From contig NC_043018.1 in the NCBI RefSeq assembly GCF_006345805.1, positions 18,476,001 to 18,540,000 on the forward strand: DNA of 64,000 nucleotides. The letters are read 5' to 3'. Below are positions 37,853-50,313 of this stretch, piece by piece. The notes beneath the pieces were generated by a model. It saw only the letters and a program-made list of their open reading frames with translations. It did not search any database and was not told the origin of the DNA. A program made the translations under genes and the position numbers. The stretch's first letter is position 1; each line of letters starts with the position of its first letter. This DNA comes from Octopus sinensis. Lineage: Eukaryota.

Positions 37853-39086
37853 TCATCATCATCATTGTTTAACGTCTGCTTTCCATGCTAGCATGGGTTG
37901 GACAGTTTGACTGAAGAATGGTGAGGCAGAGGCTGCACCAGGCTCAATCTGATCTGGCAAAGTTTCTACAGCTGGATGCTCTTCCTAACACAAACCACTC
38001 AGAGAGTGTAGTGGGTGCTTATATGTGCCACCGGCACGAGGGCCAGTCAGGCGGTGCTGGCAAAGGCCACGCTCGAATGTTTTTTCACATGCCACCAGCA
38101 CAAGTGCCAGTAAGGCGATGCAGGTAACGATCACACTCGAATGGTGCTTTTTACATGCCACTGGCACAGAAGCCAGCTTGTTGCTCTGGCAACCATCATG
38201 CTTGTATGGTACTCTTAGCGCTCTACTAGCATGGATGCCAGTCATTGAATTTGATTTTGATTTCACTTGCCTCAACAGGTCTTCACAAGCAGAGTTTGTG
38301 TCCAATGAAGGAAAGGTATGCATAAGTGGGCTGGTTACACCCCTGGTATAGGCTATGAGGTTATGGTCTCATTTGGCTTGCCGAGTCTTCTCAAGCACAA
38401 CATATTTTCAAAGGTCCCGGTCACTAGTCATTGCCTCGGTGAGGCCCAATGTTCAAAGGTCATGCTTCACCACCTCATCCCAGGTCTTCCTGGGTCTACC
38501 TCTTCCACAGGTTTCCTCAACCGCTAGGGTGTGGCACTTTTTCACTCTGCTACCCTCATCCATTCTTGCCACATGGCCATACCAGTGCAGTCGCCTCTCT
38601 TGCACACCACATCTGATGCTTCTTAAGTCCAACTTTTCTCTCAAGGTACAAATACTCTGTCAAGTATGCACACTGACATTACACATTCATCGGATCCTAC
38701 TGGCTTCATTCCTTGTGAGCTTATGCATACCCTCAGCAGTCATGGCCCATGTTTCACTGCCATGTAGCATGGCTGTTTGTACACATGCGTCATACAGTCT
38801 ACCTTTTACTCTGAGCGAGAGGTTCTTTGTCACCAGCAGAGGTAAGAGCTCTCTGAACTTTACCCAGGCTATTCTTATTCTAGCAGCTACACTTTCAGCA
38901 CACACTCCTCTGCTACTGACTTGGTCACCTAGGTAACAGAAACTATCAGTTACTTCTAGTTTTTCTCCTTGGAATGTGGCGGAAGTTGTTCTCTGCACAT
39001 TTTCAGTGTTTATTGCTCCTGAGCATCTGCCACATACAAAAACTATGGACACATAAAAAGTGCAGCAATATCAAAGGAAAGCTAAC
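37853..39086 (-). mobile_element. Older RTE-LINE copy, 5'-truncated with a short 5' inversion
   Basis: ORFs 38453..38644(-) and 38687..39052(-) are homologous to 30162-30836. (CAT)n tail at 37853. Segment 39043-39086 matches 30111-30154 in the opposite orientation to the rest of the copy. Confidence 0.9.
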
Positions 39087-40019
39087 ATATATATATACAT
39101 ATATATGTAAATTTTTTAAAAAACTATGACAACAATACTTGCAACAGAACTGTTCATTAAAAGCATCAAATTGCATTTGCTCAGTAGAAATGCCAATTTG
39201 GGCTAATTTGGCTTCAGGTGAATGTCAAAGAAGTTATAATGAAATAGGCCTGATATGCTTTATACATTTTCAGAAGTAGGAGAAGAAGCATTAAACATTA
39301 TTAAAAGAACCAGGTGTTAAGAATTATCTTAGTATTTATAATGAAATAATTAGGAATATCAAAAGACATCACAGCAACTTTACAGATAGTTCCTTCAATA
39401 TCAGATTTTTTTTTTCACCATTTTGGAAAGGACTAAAAACAGAGCAGTACAAAAATAAATATTGGTACTAAATATTAGCCAAGCTGTTCCGAAAGGAAAA
39501 GAAAGCAAAGTACTTTTTTTTTTCTTTTTTATATTCAGATGTTTATTTTATTCATTTATTCATGCTGTTTCTTCTAATTTCAGTTCAAGTGCAAAGAGAT
39601 ACTGAAAGTCACAGTATTTATTTCTAGATCTTTGTATGCCATGCATCAATCATATATTCTGATATTAATTCCATCTCTACAGAAACAAAACTCACAGGCT
39701 GAACAGTACTTGAAGTACTTGAAAGCAATGGCTACAGTTGTTGTAGAGGTCAGACAAGTATGTACAAGCTATGTTCAACTATATGGCATGGATTATTGTC
39801 CCAATCTGCTGATTTGAATTTATGTTGGCAGAAAACGGCAAAATGACAATTCTTTGGCTGTCTTCTCAGTGCAATTCTTCTAAAATATTAAAAACACAGC
39901 ACATTTTCATTCACTAACCAAGCTCCAGTTCCTCACATGTCCATAGCAGTGCAGTTATCTTCTTTACATAACTACTCACTTAGCTAGTCTGTGCACACAT
40001 GCACACACACAGACACAAA

Positions 40020-40260
40020 TCTCTTATATAAAATCCATTCTGTCTGTCTGTGTGTATGTCTTCTCGGATCTTGGGCATCCTCCATCTGATTGCACTCAAA
40101 TTTGATATGTAGATACCGACAGTATCAGGATGTGCATAAGTCTTGAAAAAATTACAAAAATCGATTCTAGGTGAAATGCAATCAATAAAGCCATTTTTGT
40201 CCTGCTTTTCTTCTTTCAACCTGTACATAACTGCATCTTCCATTTTTTGTTGTTTTTGTA
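40020..40260 (+). mobile_element. Possible Helitron 5' fragment
   Basis: A|TCTCTTATATAAAATCCATTCTGTCTGTCTGTG start typical of non-autonomous Helitrons. No 3' CTAG hairpin end found. Confidence 0.4.
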
Positions 40261-40616
40261 CTGCTTAAAGGCACGTTTCTTTCCTGCCAAGCTTACTGTT
40301 TAAACCATGTTTGTGTTCTCCCAGTCAACAGCATTATCATTACAGGTGCTTTAAACTCTTCGGTTGCATATTTGTGTGAATAAAATCGCTTTCATTTGGA
40401 ATAGAAAAAAAGTCTATCTTTATTTCTCCTTTTGCTGGTGTCTCAAGTTTAGGTTAAATCAGTGTTTCTCAAAGGGGAGGCTTATGGGACGGTCAGACAA
40501 GTTGTTTTGAGAAAATTTGGTTTAAATGTTTGACAACTCAGCACCACCCATTGAACGGGGGGGGGGTTGCTTGTATATACATATGGAGAAATTCTGCTTT
40601 GAACGAGTCATAAAGT

Positions 40617-40901
40617 TCCTCATAGCACATTTATTTTTTGGAATTTTCAGAAATTTTTGTAAATTTGTCTTTTGTGGATGGGAATTCTTATGATTACTCT
40701 TTCACTCTTACTTGTTTCAGTCATTTGACTGCGGCCATGCTGGAGCACCACCTTTAATCGAGCAAATCGACCCTGGGACTTATTCTTTGTAAGCCCAGTA
40801 CTTATTCTATCGGTCTCTTTTGCCGAACCATTAAGTGACGGGGACGTAAACACACCAGCATCGGTTGTCAAGCAATGCTAGGGGGACAAGCACAGACACA
40901 A

Positions 40902-40934
<33 letters not shown>

Positions 40935-41460
40935 CAACAGGCTTCTTTCAGTTTCCATCTACCAAATCTACTCACAAGGCATTGGTTGGCCTGGGGCTAT
41001 TGCAGAAGATACTTGCCCAAGATGCCACGCAGTGGGACTGAACCCAGAACCATGTGGTTGGTAAGCAAGCTACTTACCACACAGCCACTCCTGCGCCTAT
41101 GATTATGCAAAAAAAAAAAAAAATTTTGTGCATGATTTAGGGTCTATTCAGCTGCTAGTTTTAGCACATCACATGAATACCTGATACCCTCTTTGTGTCT
41201 TGTCATTTCTGATGTATCAATGTCTTTCAACATCTTTCACTCCATAAACACATTTCATAATCTATTAAGCAAAAAATTCAAATTGTTTGTATTTTAAACT
41301 CTGATCTTTAAAAAATTCAAAAAAAGAAACGGTCTGTTTTTTAAATATTCGCAAAATAGAAAAAAAATATTTTCATAGTCCTTTGAATTCCCAAATGTAC
41401 AATACAAATATACAAAATTTCCTGAAAATTCTAAAAAATTAAAAAGTTATGAAGGGTTAA
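40617..41460. mobile_element. Inverted-repeat (piggyBac-like) element interrupted by a SINE
   Basis: The right end ...AAGTTATGAAGGGTTAA and its subterminal ~70 bp are an imperfect inverted match to 40617-40687. Confidence 0.55.
40694..41098 (-). mobile_element. SINE family A copy
   Basis: Collinear with 4033-4437. Confidence 0.85.
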
Positions 41461-41507
41461 ATGGTGCACTTAAAGCACACATGCATACATGCATATATAT
41501 ATATATA

Positions 41508-41540
<33 letters not shown>

Positions 41541-42232
41541 TATATATATATATGCATTTTATTACATACACAAACATATATATATGTATTGTGTGTATAT
41601 ATATATATATATATATAGGAATCATTATATATATATATATATATACAACAGGCTTCTTTCAGTTTCCATCTACCAAATCTACTCACAAGGCATTGGTTGG
41701 CCTGGGGCTATTGCAGAAGATACTTGCCCAAGATGCCACGCAGTGGGACTGAACCCAGAACCATGTGGTTGGTAAGCAAGCTACTTACCACACAGCCACT
41801 CCTGCGCCTATGATTATGCAAAAAAAAAAAAAAATTTTGTGCATGATTTAGGGTCTATTCAGCTGCTAGTTTTAGCACATCACATGAATACCTGATACCC
41901 TCTTTGTGTCTTGTCATTTCTGATGTATCAATGTCTTTCAACATCTTTCACTCCATAAACACATTTCATAATCTATTAAGCAAAAAATTCAAATTGTTTG
42001 TATTTTAAACTCTGATCTTTAAAAAATTCAAAAAAAGAAACGGTCTGTTTTTTAAATATTCGCAAAATAGAAAAAAAATATTTTCATAGTCCTTTGAATT
42101 CCCAAATGTACAATACAAATATACAAAATTTCCTGAAAATTCTAAAAAATTAAAAAGTTATGAAGGGTTAAATGGTGCACTTAAAGCACACATGCATACA
42201 TGCATATATATATATATATGTGTGTGTGTGTG

Positions 42233-42265
<33 letters not shown>

Positions 42266-42355
42266 GCATTTTATTACATACACAAACATATATATATGTA
42301 TTTGTGTGTATATATATATATATATATAGGAATCATTATATATATATATATATAC
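40931..42355. repeat. Tandem duplication, 711-bp period
   Basis: GAAGGGTTAA at 41451 and 42162; CAGGCTTCTTTC at 40938 and 41649. Near-identical copies apart from microsatellite length. Confidence 0.95.
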
Positions 42356-42829
42356 ATGCACATACATACACAAATACATATCCCACCCATGCCATGATGG
42401 TGATGATGATGATGAAATATATATATATATATATACACAAATATAATTATAATTTAGGATATCTAAGAGATACCAACCCTGCTGGAAATAGCAGCCAAAA
42501 TTTGACTCTAAAACCACATTAAATGTTCATACAGCACTCTCCTGTATGAACATTTAATGTGGTTTTAGAGTCAAGCTTTGGCTGCTATTTCCAGTGGAGT
42601 TGGAATCTTTTAGATACCCTAAATTACAATTCTAAAAATAATTATTACCTTTGAAGGTTTTTATTCCCATGCTGGTCACCTGATAAAATCGGTATTTAAA
42701 TAATGACCTTATCCTTATTTATATAAATTTATACACAAATATATATATGTTGTGTGTGTTTATGTGTGTGTATACATGTATACATGTGTGTGCGTGTATA
42801 TATATAAATATATATATACACTTATATCT

Positions 42830-43053
42830 TTATTACCCACAAGGGGCTAAACACAGAGGGGACGAACAAGGACAGACATAGGTATTAAGTCGATTACATC
42901 GACCCCAGTGCATAAGTGGTACTTAATTTATCGACCCCGAAAGGATGAAAGGCAAAGTCAACCTCGGCGGAATTTGAACTCGGAACGTAATGGCAGAAGA
43001 AATACGGCTCCGCAATTCGTCCAGCGTGCTAACGTTTCTGCCAGCTCGCCGCT
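42830..43053 (-). mobile_element. SINE family B copy (type-1 tail)
   Basis: Reverse complement of 33736-33963. Confidence 0.85.
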
Positions 43054-43961
43054 GTGTATATATAAATATATATATACACACACAAATATATATGCCATGT
43101 GTATGTGTATGTGTTAGTGATTCCTAACCATCACATAATTTGATAGTTCTAAGAGAGTACCCAAGTGCCAACAACATGGGATATATATATAAAACATATT
43201 TTATACCAATTTTTTTGTATATAAAATATTTATTGACGGGTCAATTAGGACTAAACACAAGTTTATGATCTTTGAAACAAAGTCATTTCGTGTAAATGTA
43301 AAAAAATTAAAGTAGTTAAAAGAGTGAGTCCCATTCCGGCTGGAATTTGGTCCAATATCTTCCCCATTGACACCACATTAGAATTACTTTGTTCTTCAAG
43401 CACTTTATCAACTTTTAGATTGATTCAATGCATCTGCATATAAATTAATAAAATACATCATTTGCATATTATGTGCAGCGCATAATAATGTGTGTCTGTG
43501 TCTGTGTGTGTCTGTCTGCCTATCTTTTGGTATATATACATACATATACGAATTCTGTGTGTGTGCAGTATATAGATGCATACATAAATATGTGTGTGTG
43601 TATACATATATATATATATAATAATGTTCTTGAAATTTAAATCTACATCTTTGTCTGTATATCTGCCTTCTCTATAATGTTGCCACTTGATTTGAAAACT
43701 TTTGTTTTAATGAAAAACTTCTATAATTGGCTGATGAGTACTCAACATCTTAAATCTGTTGTAATATTTACAACATTTAATAAAATGATGTAGCACGAAA
43801 CGATTGTACCAAATTACCAGAGTCATTCTTGTTGCTTATTTTGATTATATATATATATATGTATATGTATATATGTATACATATATGTGTATATATACAT
43901 GCATGTATATATGCGTATATATATATTATATATATATATGTGTTGAGTCAAGTGCATGTAC

Positions 43962-44390
43962 ATGAACATCGAACCAAATATCAATGGAAACAGTAGTTGT
44001 GATACCTGTGCCGGTGACACATAAAAAGCACCATCCGAACGTGACCGATGCCAACCCTGCCTCGAATGGCTTCTGTGCCGGTGGCACATAAAAAGCACCA
44101 TCCGAACGTGGCCGATGCCAGCACCGCCTTGACTGACTTCTGTGCCGGTGGCACATATAAAAAGCACCAACCGATCGTGGTCGATGCCAGACCCCTCTGG
44201 CACTTGTGCAGGTGGCACGTAAAAAGCACCCACTACACTCGCGGATTGGTTGGCGTTAGGAAGGGCATCCAGCTGTAGAAACACTGCCAGATCAGACTGG
44301 AGCCTGGGGCAGCCCCTGGCTCCCTAGACCCCGGTCGAACCGTCCAACCCGTGCTAGCGTGGAAAACGGACGTTAAACAAAAAAAAAAAA
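43962..44390 (+). mobile_element. RTE-LINE 3' UTR fragment with ~60-bp repeats
   Basis: Repeated GTGCCGGTGGCACATAAAAAGCACCA units, then the conserved tail and an A-run. Confidence 0.8.
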
Positions 44391-44779
44391 ATATATGTAT
44401 GTATAAGGATAAAAAGTAACACATGAGTTGATATATATGAAAAAACAAGTCAAGATAGAAAATGCTAAAATAATTTTATAAAGAACATTTCAGTACCGGT
44501 TTCAGTCATTTGAGACCTTTTCAACTGTAACAATTAAAAAAATTAAATTTAGAAAAATTAAAAGAAAAGTTTTTTTTAAAAGAATATTTGTATAGTGTTC
44601 AAATATAAGTGGCATTTTCCTTGTTTCTGCCTTTCTCTGTCTCTCTTGTTTACACTTGTGGGTTCGAGGTCGTTGCAAATTGCTAAGCATTTTGCCTGGC
44701 GTGCTAACGTTTCTGCCAACTTGCCCACATACACATACATATTCAAGACAGCAACATTAGGGAGTGCTGATCTCAAATT

Positions 44780-45220
44780 GTAGAGGGAACACATGAAAGG
44801 GGTAGGCCTAGGAAGATGTTGAACAAAGTGGTGAGAAAGGACGTAAAGATGTTAGGGCTCACAAGGGGATGATAGGGGACTGAGGCCCCTGGCAGTTTTC
44901 TGTGCATGGAAAGACACATCAAGCTGAGTAAAAGTGTGGTTGCCTTTGTATACAGGTTGTCCCTTAATCTCTCTCTGGCTGAGTATTCCTAACATTGCAG
45001 GCTTGTTGGTGCCATGTAAAAATCTCCCATACTGGTGCTGCATAAAAGCACCTGGTACACTCTGTAAAGCAGTTGGCATTAGGAAGGGCATCCAACTGCA
45101 GAGACCATGGTGAAACAGATACAGAGCCTCAACAGCCCTTCAGTTGGTCAACTCGTGTCGAACTGTCCAACCCATGGCAGCATGGAAAACGGATGTTAAG
45201 TGAAGAAGATGATGATGACG
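44780..45220 (+). mobile_element. Divergent RTE 3' fragment
   Basis: VEGTHERGRPRKMLNKVVRKDVKMLGLT is homologous to the RTE C-terminus. Ends CATGGAAAACGGATGTTAA plus (GAT)n. Confidence 0.7.
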
Positions 45221-45429
45221 ATATATATATATAAAAACACACATATACATGCACACACATGTGTGTGTATGAATGTGTATGTGTGTGTGTATATATATTT
45301 ACACATATATGTATGTATGTATATATGTATATGTATATATATGTATGTATGTATATATGCATGTATATATATATTTATATATATATGTGTGTACGTATGT
45401 ATATATATATATAAATATATATATCTGTG

Positions 45430-45660
45430 GTGGTGGCATGTAAAAAGCACCAACCAACTGTGACCACTGCCAGCCTACCCTGGCACGTAAAAAGCACCCA
45501 CTACACTCACGGAGTGGTTGGCGTTAGGAAGGGCATCAGCTGTAGAAACACTGGCAGATCAGACTGGAGCCTGGTACAGCCTCCTGGCTTCCCAGACCCC
45601 GGTCGAACCATCCAACCTATGCTAGCATGGAAAGCAGACGTTAAACGATGATGATCATGA
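45430..45660 (+). mobile_element. RTE-LINE 3' end fragment
   Basis: Conserved tail CCCACTACACTC...GGAAAGCAGACGTTAAACGATGATG. Confidence 0.8.
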
Positions 45661-46463
45661 TATGACATACACACACACACATACACACAATATCATAGAC
45701 CTATGTATATATATACATATATATATATATACATACATATAGGTCTCTGATACTTCCCAGCTCTTCTTTTAGTCAAACACACTCCCCCAACAGATTCTTC
45801 AGTGAAACCATTTTTACGATAAACTACGAGTCAAGCCCAATAAGCTTCCCTTTGAACTTTAATTAAGGCCACGCAAAAGTAATTAATTATTACTGACACA
45901 GTAAAAGCTTTAGAAATATTGAATATTACCATTTTTCTTACTTATTTGCCTACAAATAATGCCATAAAATTCTTTTAAAAAATTGGCAATTTTTACCTAA
46001 ATTGGGTTTCATAATTTGCTTTCAATTTCTGAAGAAATATTGAAATATTCAATATTTCGCAGGTTTTATCTCATTTAAAACGAAATCTTTTGATGTTCAA
46101 ATATCAATAAAAACATTTCGTACATCACAAGAATCAGCGCCAAAGGATAGACTTATGCTATGACCTCATTGCTGTTCTTATATTTTATCTTTTACTTGTT
46201 TCAGTCATTTTACTGTGGCCATGCTGTGGCACTGCCCTACAGGGCTTTAGTCGAATGAACTGACCCCAGTACTTATTCTATCAGTTTATTTTGCTGGACC
46301 ACTAAGTTTCAAGGATGTAACTACACCTTGTCAAGCACTGGCGGGGGGGGGGCAAATACAGACACATACGTACACTTACAAACACATACATATATTTAAG
46401 AGAGGAGGAATTATGTACATTATTACGCCATATGGCATTTACATGCGCATATGGCGTATTGGT

Positions 46464-47091
46464 TAAGAGCATGTCCCTTAGTGGCTGACGATAGGTGCAT
46501 CTCTGATCACGAGCAGAAGTAGTGGGGTTTGAATAATTCACCTCTGCAGTACCAGGCAGTGGCTCTCATGGCTTCTGATCTTAACTGATTGGAAGTGTTA
46601 TCATGTACATTGTTTTGTCTTAGTATAAAAGATGGGCTACAGCAAATATTCTTCTCAATACCACAGATTTGCTTGTCAGTTGTTTGACCATAACCAGTTG
46701 GGCATGTCCCTTAGTGGCTGACAATATGTGCATCTCTGATCACGAGCAGAAGTAGTGGGGGAGCATCATAGCCATGTGTTGAGAGGGATTCTTAGGAGTT
46801 TGAATAGTTCACCTCTGGAAACATGGGTGGTTCTTTCAACATCCTTAAACAACCCTTATTCAGGGACCTTTTGAGTGGGATGAGTTACTCAACCATAAGA
46901 AAATTCTAACTGGGCCCCACCTGCAAGGTCATGTGCTGCTTATCTTGATATGACATTACCATGTCGTGCACATATGGTTATGATATATGTGCCTAGTGTA
47001 CCCTTATCAGATGGGTAGTCATGATGGGTAAACTGGGCTATATATATTTTACCCCAGTGTCACTTTGATGGCATGCACTGCTCTTTCACTC
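46464..47091 (+). mobile_element. ~550-bp TAA-associated element copy with a rearranged 5' side
   Basis: Matches 3358-3908. 46464-46545 repeats internal segments of the element. Confidence 0.8.
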
Positions 47092-47120
47092 AATAATAAT
47101 AATAATAATAATAATAATAA

Positions 47121-47324
47121 TCCTTTTTACTACAGGTACATGGCGTGAAACTTGGGGGAGGGGTAACTTGACTATATCAACCCCAGTACTCAACTGGTAC
47201 TTAATTTATTGACGCTGAAAGGATGAAAGGTAAAGCTGACCTAAGCAGAACATAAAGGCCGACAAAATACCTCTAAGCATTTTTCCCTGCATGCTAAAGG
47301 TTCTGCTAGCTCACCACATTACTT

Positions 47325-47380
<56 letters not shown>

Positions 47381-47583
47381 TATTCCTTTCTACTCGAGGC
47401 ACAAGGCCTGAAATTTGTGGGGAGAGGACTAGTTCATTACAGTATTTGTCAACACCGAAAGGATGAAAGGGGCAAAGATGACATTGGGAGAATTTGAACT
47501 CAGAACGTAGCGACAGAAGAAATACCACTAAGCATTTCGTTCGGCATACTAACAGTTCTGCCACCAGTTCGTTGCCTTAATAT

Positions 47584-47623
<40 letters not shown>

Positions 47624-48068
47624 TAATAATAATAATAATCCTTTTTACTACAGGTACATGGCGTGAAACTTGGGGGAGGGGTAACTTGACTATATCAACC
47701 CCAGTACTCAACTGGTACTTAATTAATTGACGCTGAAAGGATGAAAGGTAAAGCTGACCTAAGCAGAACATAAAGGCCGACAAAATACCTCTAAGCATTT
47801 TTCCCTGCATGCTAAAGGTTCTGCTAGCTCACCACATTACTTGATGGTAATAATAATAATAATGATATTCCTTTCTACTCGAGGCACAAGGCCTGAAATT
47901 TGTGGGGAGAGGACTAGTTCATTACAGTATTTGTCAACACCGAAAGGATGAAAGGGGCAAAGATGACATTGGGAGAATTTGAACTCAGAACGTAGCGACA
48001 GAAGAAATACCACTAAGCATTTCGTTCGGCATACTAACAGTTCTGCCACCAGTTCGCTGCCTTAATAT

Positions 48069-48125
<57 letters not shown>
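47121..48125. repeat. Tandem duplication, ~518-bp period, of two SINE-B remnants bounded by (TAA)n
   Basis: TCCTTTTTACTACAGGTACATGGCG at 47121 and 47639. Confidence 0.92.
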
Positions 48126-48134
48126 CTTATTATT

Positions 48135-48473
48135 CTATCTCTTTATTGTGCTCGTGAAATTAACGTGTAAGTGGCTGAGCACTCCACAGACACGTGTACC
48201 CTTAACGTAGTTCTCGGGGATATTCAGCGTGACACAGAGAGTGACAAGGCCGACCCTTTGAAATACAGGTACAACAGAAACAGGAAGTAAGAGTGAGAGA
48301 AAGTTGTGGTGAAAGAGTACAGCAGGGATCACCACCATCCCCTGCTGGAGCCTCGTGGAGCTTTTTAGGTGTTTTCGCTCAATAAACACTCACAACGTCC
48401 GGTCTGGGAATCGAAACCGCGATCCTACGACCGTGAGTCCACTGCCCTAACCACTGGGCCATTGCGCCTCCAC
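48135..48473 (-). mobile_element. tRNA-derived SINE family C
   Basis: Minus-strand head GGCGCAATGGCCCAGTGGTTAGGGCAGTGGACTCACGGTCGTAGGATCGCGGTTTCGATTCCC (A and B boxes) followed by a non-tRNA body. Confidence 0.8.
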
Positions 48474-49128
48474 AATAATAATAATAATAATACTAATAAT
48501 AATGATAGTAATGATAGTAATTTCTTATGAGGGCACATTGCCACCACAAGGTTTACAAATTTATGAGTGAGTGGTAGAGATAATTTGATCAATTTTCACT
48601 AAATTACTTGTCCTTATTTTATTAACGGTGGAAGAATTTACCATAAAGTTGACGTTGAAAATAGCTAAAACAAAATAGTCTCAGACATTTGAGTCTGGTG
48701 TTGCAGAGATCTGGAACTTCCCTTTCAGTTTAGACTGGAAAATAACGATAAATACTTTGGCAAGAGTTTATTCATCCATGCATCTTCTGACCAAGTAAAT
48801 GAAACATGCCATTACACAGCAGAGGAATGGACACACACATACACACACATACATACATACAAATACGTGTCCATATACAGACACTGGTCTACAGATGCAC
48901 ATACGCATACAATTTGCTTATTGAGAAAATGGTATCAAAGCTAATATCAACAAAATATTAGTCATTGCTGAATGGATGCCAAAATTATACTTTACAAAGT
49001 GACTTTTAAGGAAGTTTCCTTACAAGTTTTTCTTTTTTTCTTTATGTGTGTGTGTGTGTGCCTTTCTTTTCTTTTGGAAACTGAAAGAAAAATTTATTTT
49101 TTAATCTCAGAAATATATATATATATAA

Positions 49129-49165
<37 letters not shown>

Positions 49166-49529
49166 GTAGGAAGAAATGGAGCTGAACGAAGATTTAACAA
49201 AATAATATAAAGGAATTTTGTTAAATCTTCGTTCAGCTCAATTTCTTCCTACACTTAATATATAAAACTTCAAATTTCCGCACTAAGGCACGGTTTTCAT
49301 GCCTCATGGTCGTAACTTCAACCGTGCTTTTTCTGTTGTGATTTTTGGTACCCAGGTATCGGTTATCATTTGAATTATCCGTAATAAGATAATTCATTTA
49401 TCTACTTCAATAATTATATATATATATATATATATATGTATAATGGATATGTGTGTATATATACACACTGACATATGCATATGGAAATACACACACAAGT
49501 ATTTCCTTTGCAGGAGCGCACCTGTTTCT

Positions 49530-49849
49530 GTCTTCATTCCTCGCGTCGCCTTATGAGCACTTGTGCTGGTGGCACGTGAAACATTCGAGCGAGGTCGTCG
49601 CCAGTGCCGCTGGACTGGCTCCTGTGCAGATGGCACATAAAAAGCACTATTTTGGCATGGCCGTTGCCAGTACCACCAAACTGGCCCTCGTGCCGGTGGC
49701 ACGTAAAAGCACCCACTACACTCTTGGAGTGGTTGGCATTAGGAAGGGCATCCAGCTGTAGAAACTCTGCCAGATCAGATTGGAGTCTGGTTCGCCAGAC
49801 CTCAGTCAAATCATCCAACCCATGCTAGCATGGAAAGCGGACGTTAAAC

Positions 49850-49881
<32 letters not shown>

Positions 49882-49882
49882 C
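49530..49882 (+). mobile_element. RTE-LINE 3' end fragment
   Basis: GGTGGCAC units, conserved tail and a long (GAT)n. Confidence 0.8.
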
Positions 49883-49894
49883 ATATATGTATAT

Positions 49895-50313
49895 ATATTA
49901 GATTGAGGAAAAGGTTTGTGCGCCATGTTAAAATAATGTTTTTTTTAATATATTTTTGTGTTGTGTTTGTTCATTCAGTTCATGTCATGTTCAATGGTGA
50001 CTCACTGTTTTCGTTGAAAATGTGATTTGTTTCAACAAGACAATGCAAAGCCACACAACACCAGAAAGACCAGCAACAAGATTGAAGAACTGGACGGTGT
50101 GGAAGTTTTGCCACATCCAGCCTATAGGAGATGAAAATGACCCAACATCTAGTTGTTCTGCAATTGTCACCACCAAGAAAATCATTGATTGTATTCACCA
50201 AATGCTGATGGATGACAAACGATTGACTATAAATGTTGAAAAATAAACCTCATTCGGTCACATTCCATGAAAGTATCTTGGTCAGCCAATGAGCTTTGTA
50301 GCCAACCCTCATA
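49895..50313 (+). pseudogene. Two abutting mariner remnants
   Basis: TIR-like start, then QQDNAKPHNTRKTSNKIEELDGVEVLPHPAY (catalytic region), directly followed by ENDPTSSCSAIVTTKKIIDCIHQMLMDDKRLT (HTH region) fused to a ..VEK* 3' end and a TIR ending CCCTCATA. Confidence 0.7.

Noticed and set aside
43731-43760. CTGATGAGTACTC, a hammerhead-like start
   Set aside because: No following GAAA box.
48400-48473. Possible tRNA gene
   Set aside because: The tRNA-like head lacks a proper acceptor stem and continues into a SINE body shared with 55710-55990.
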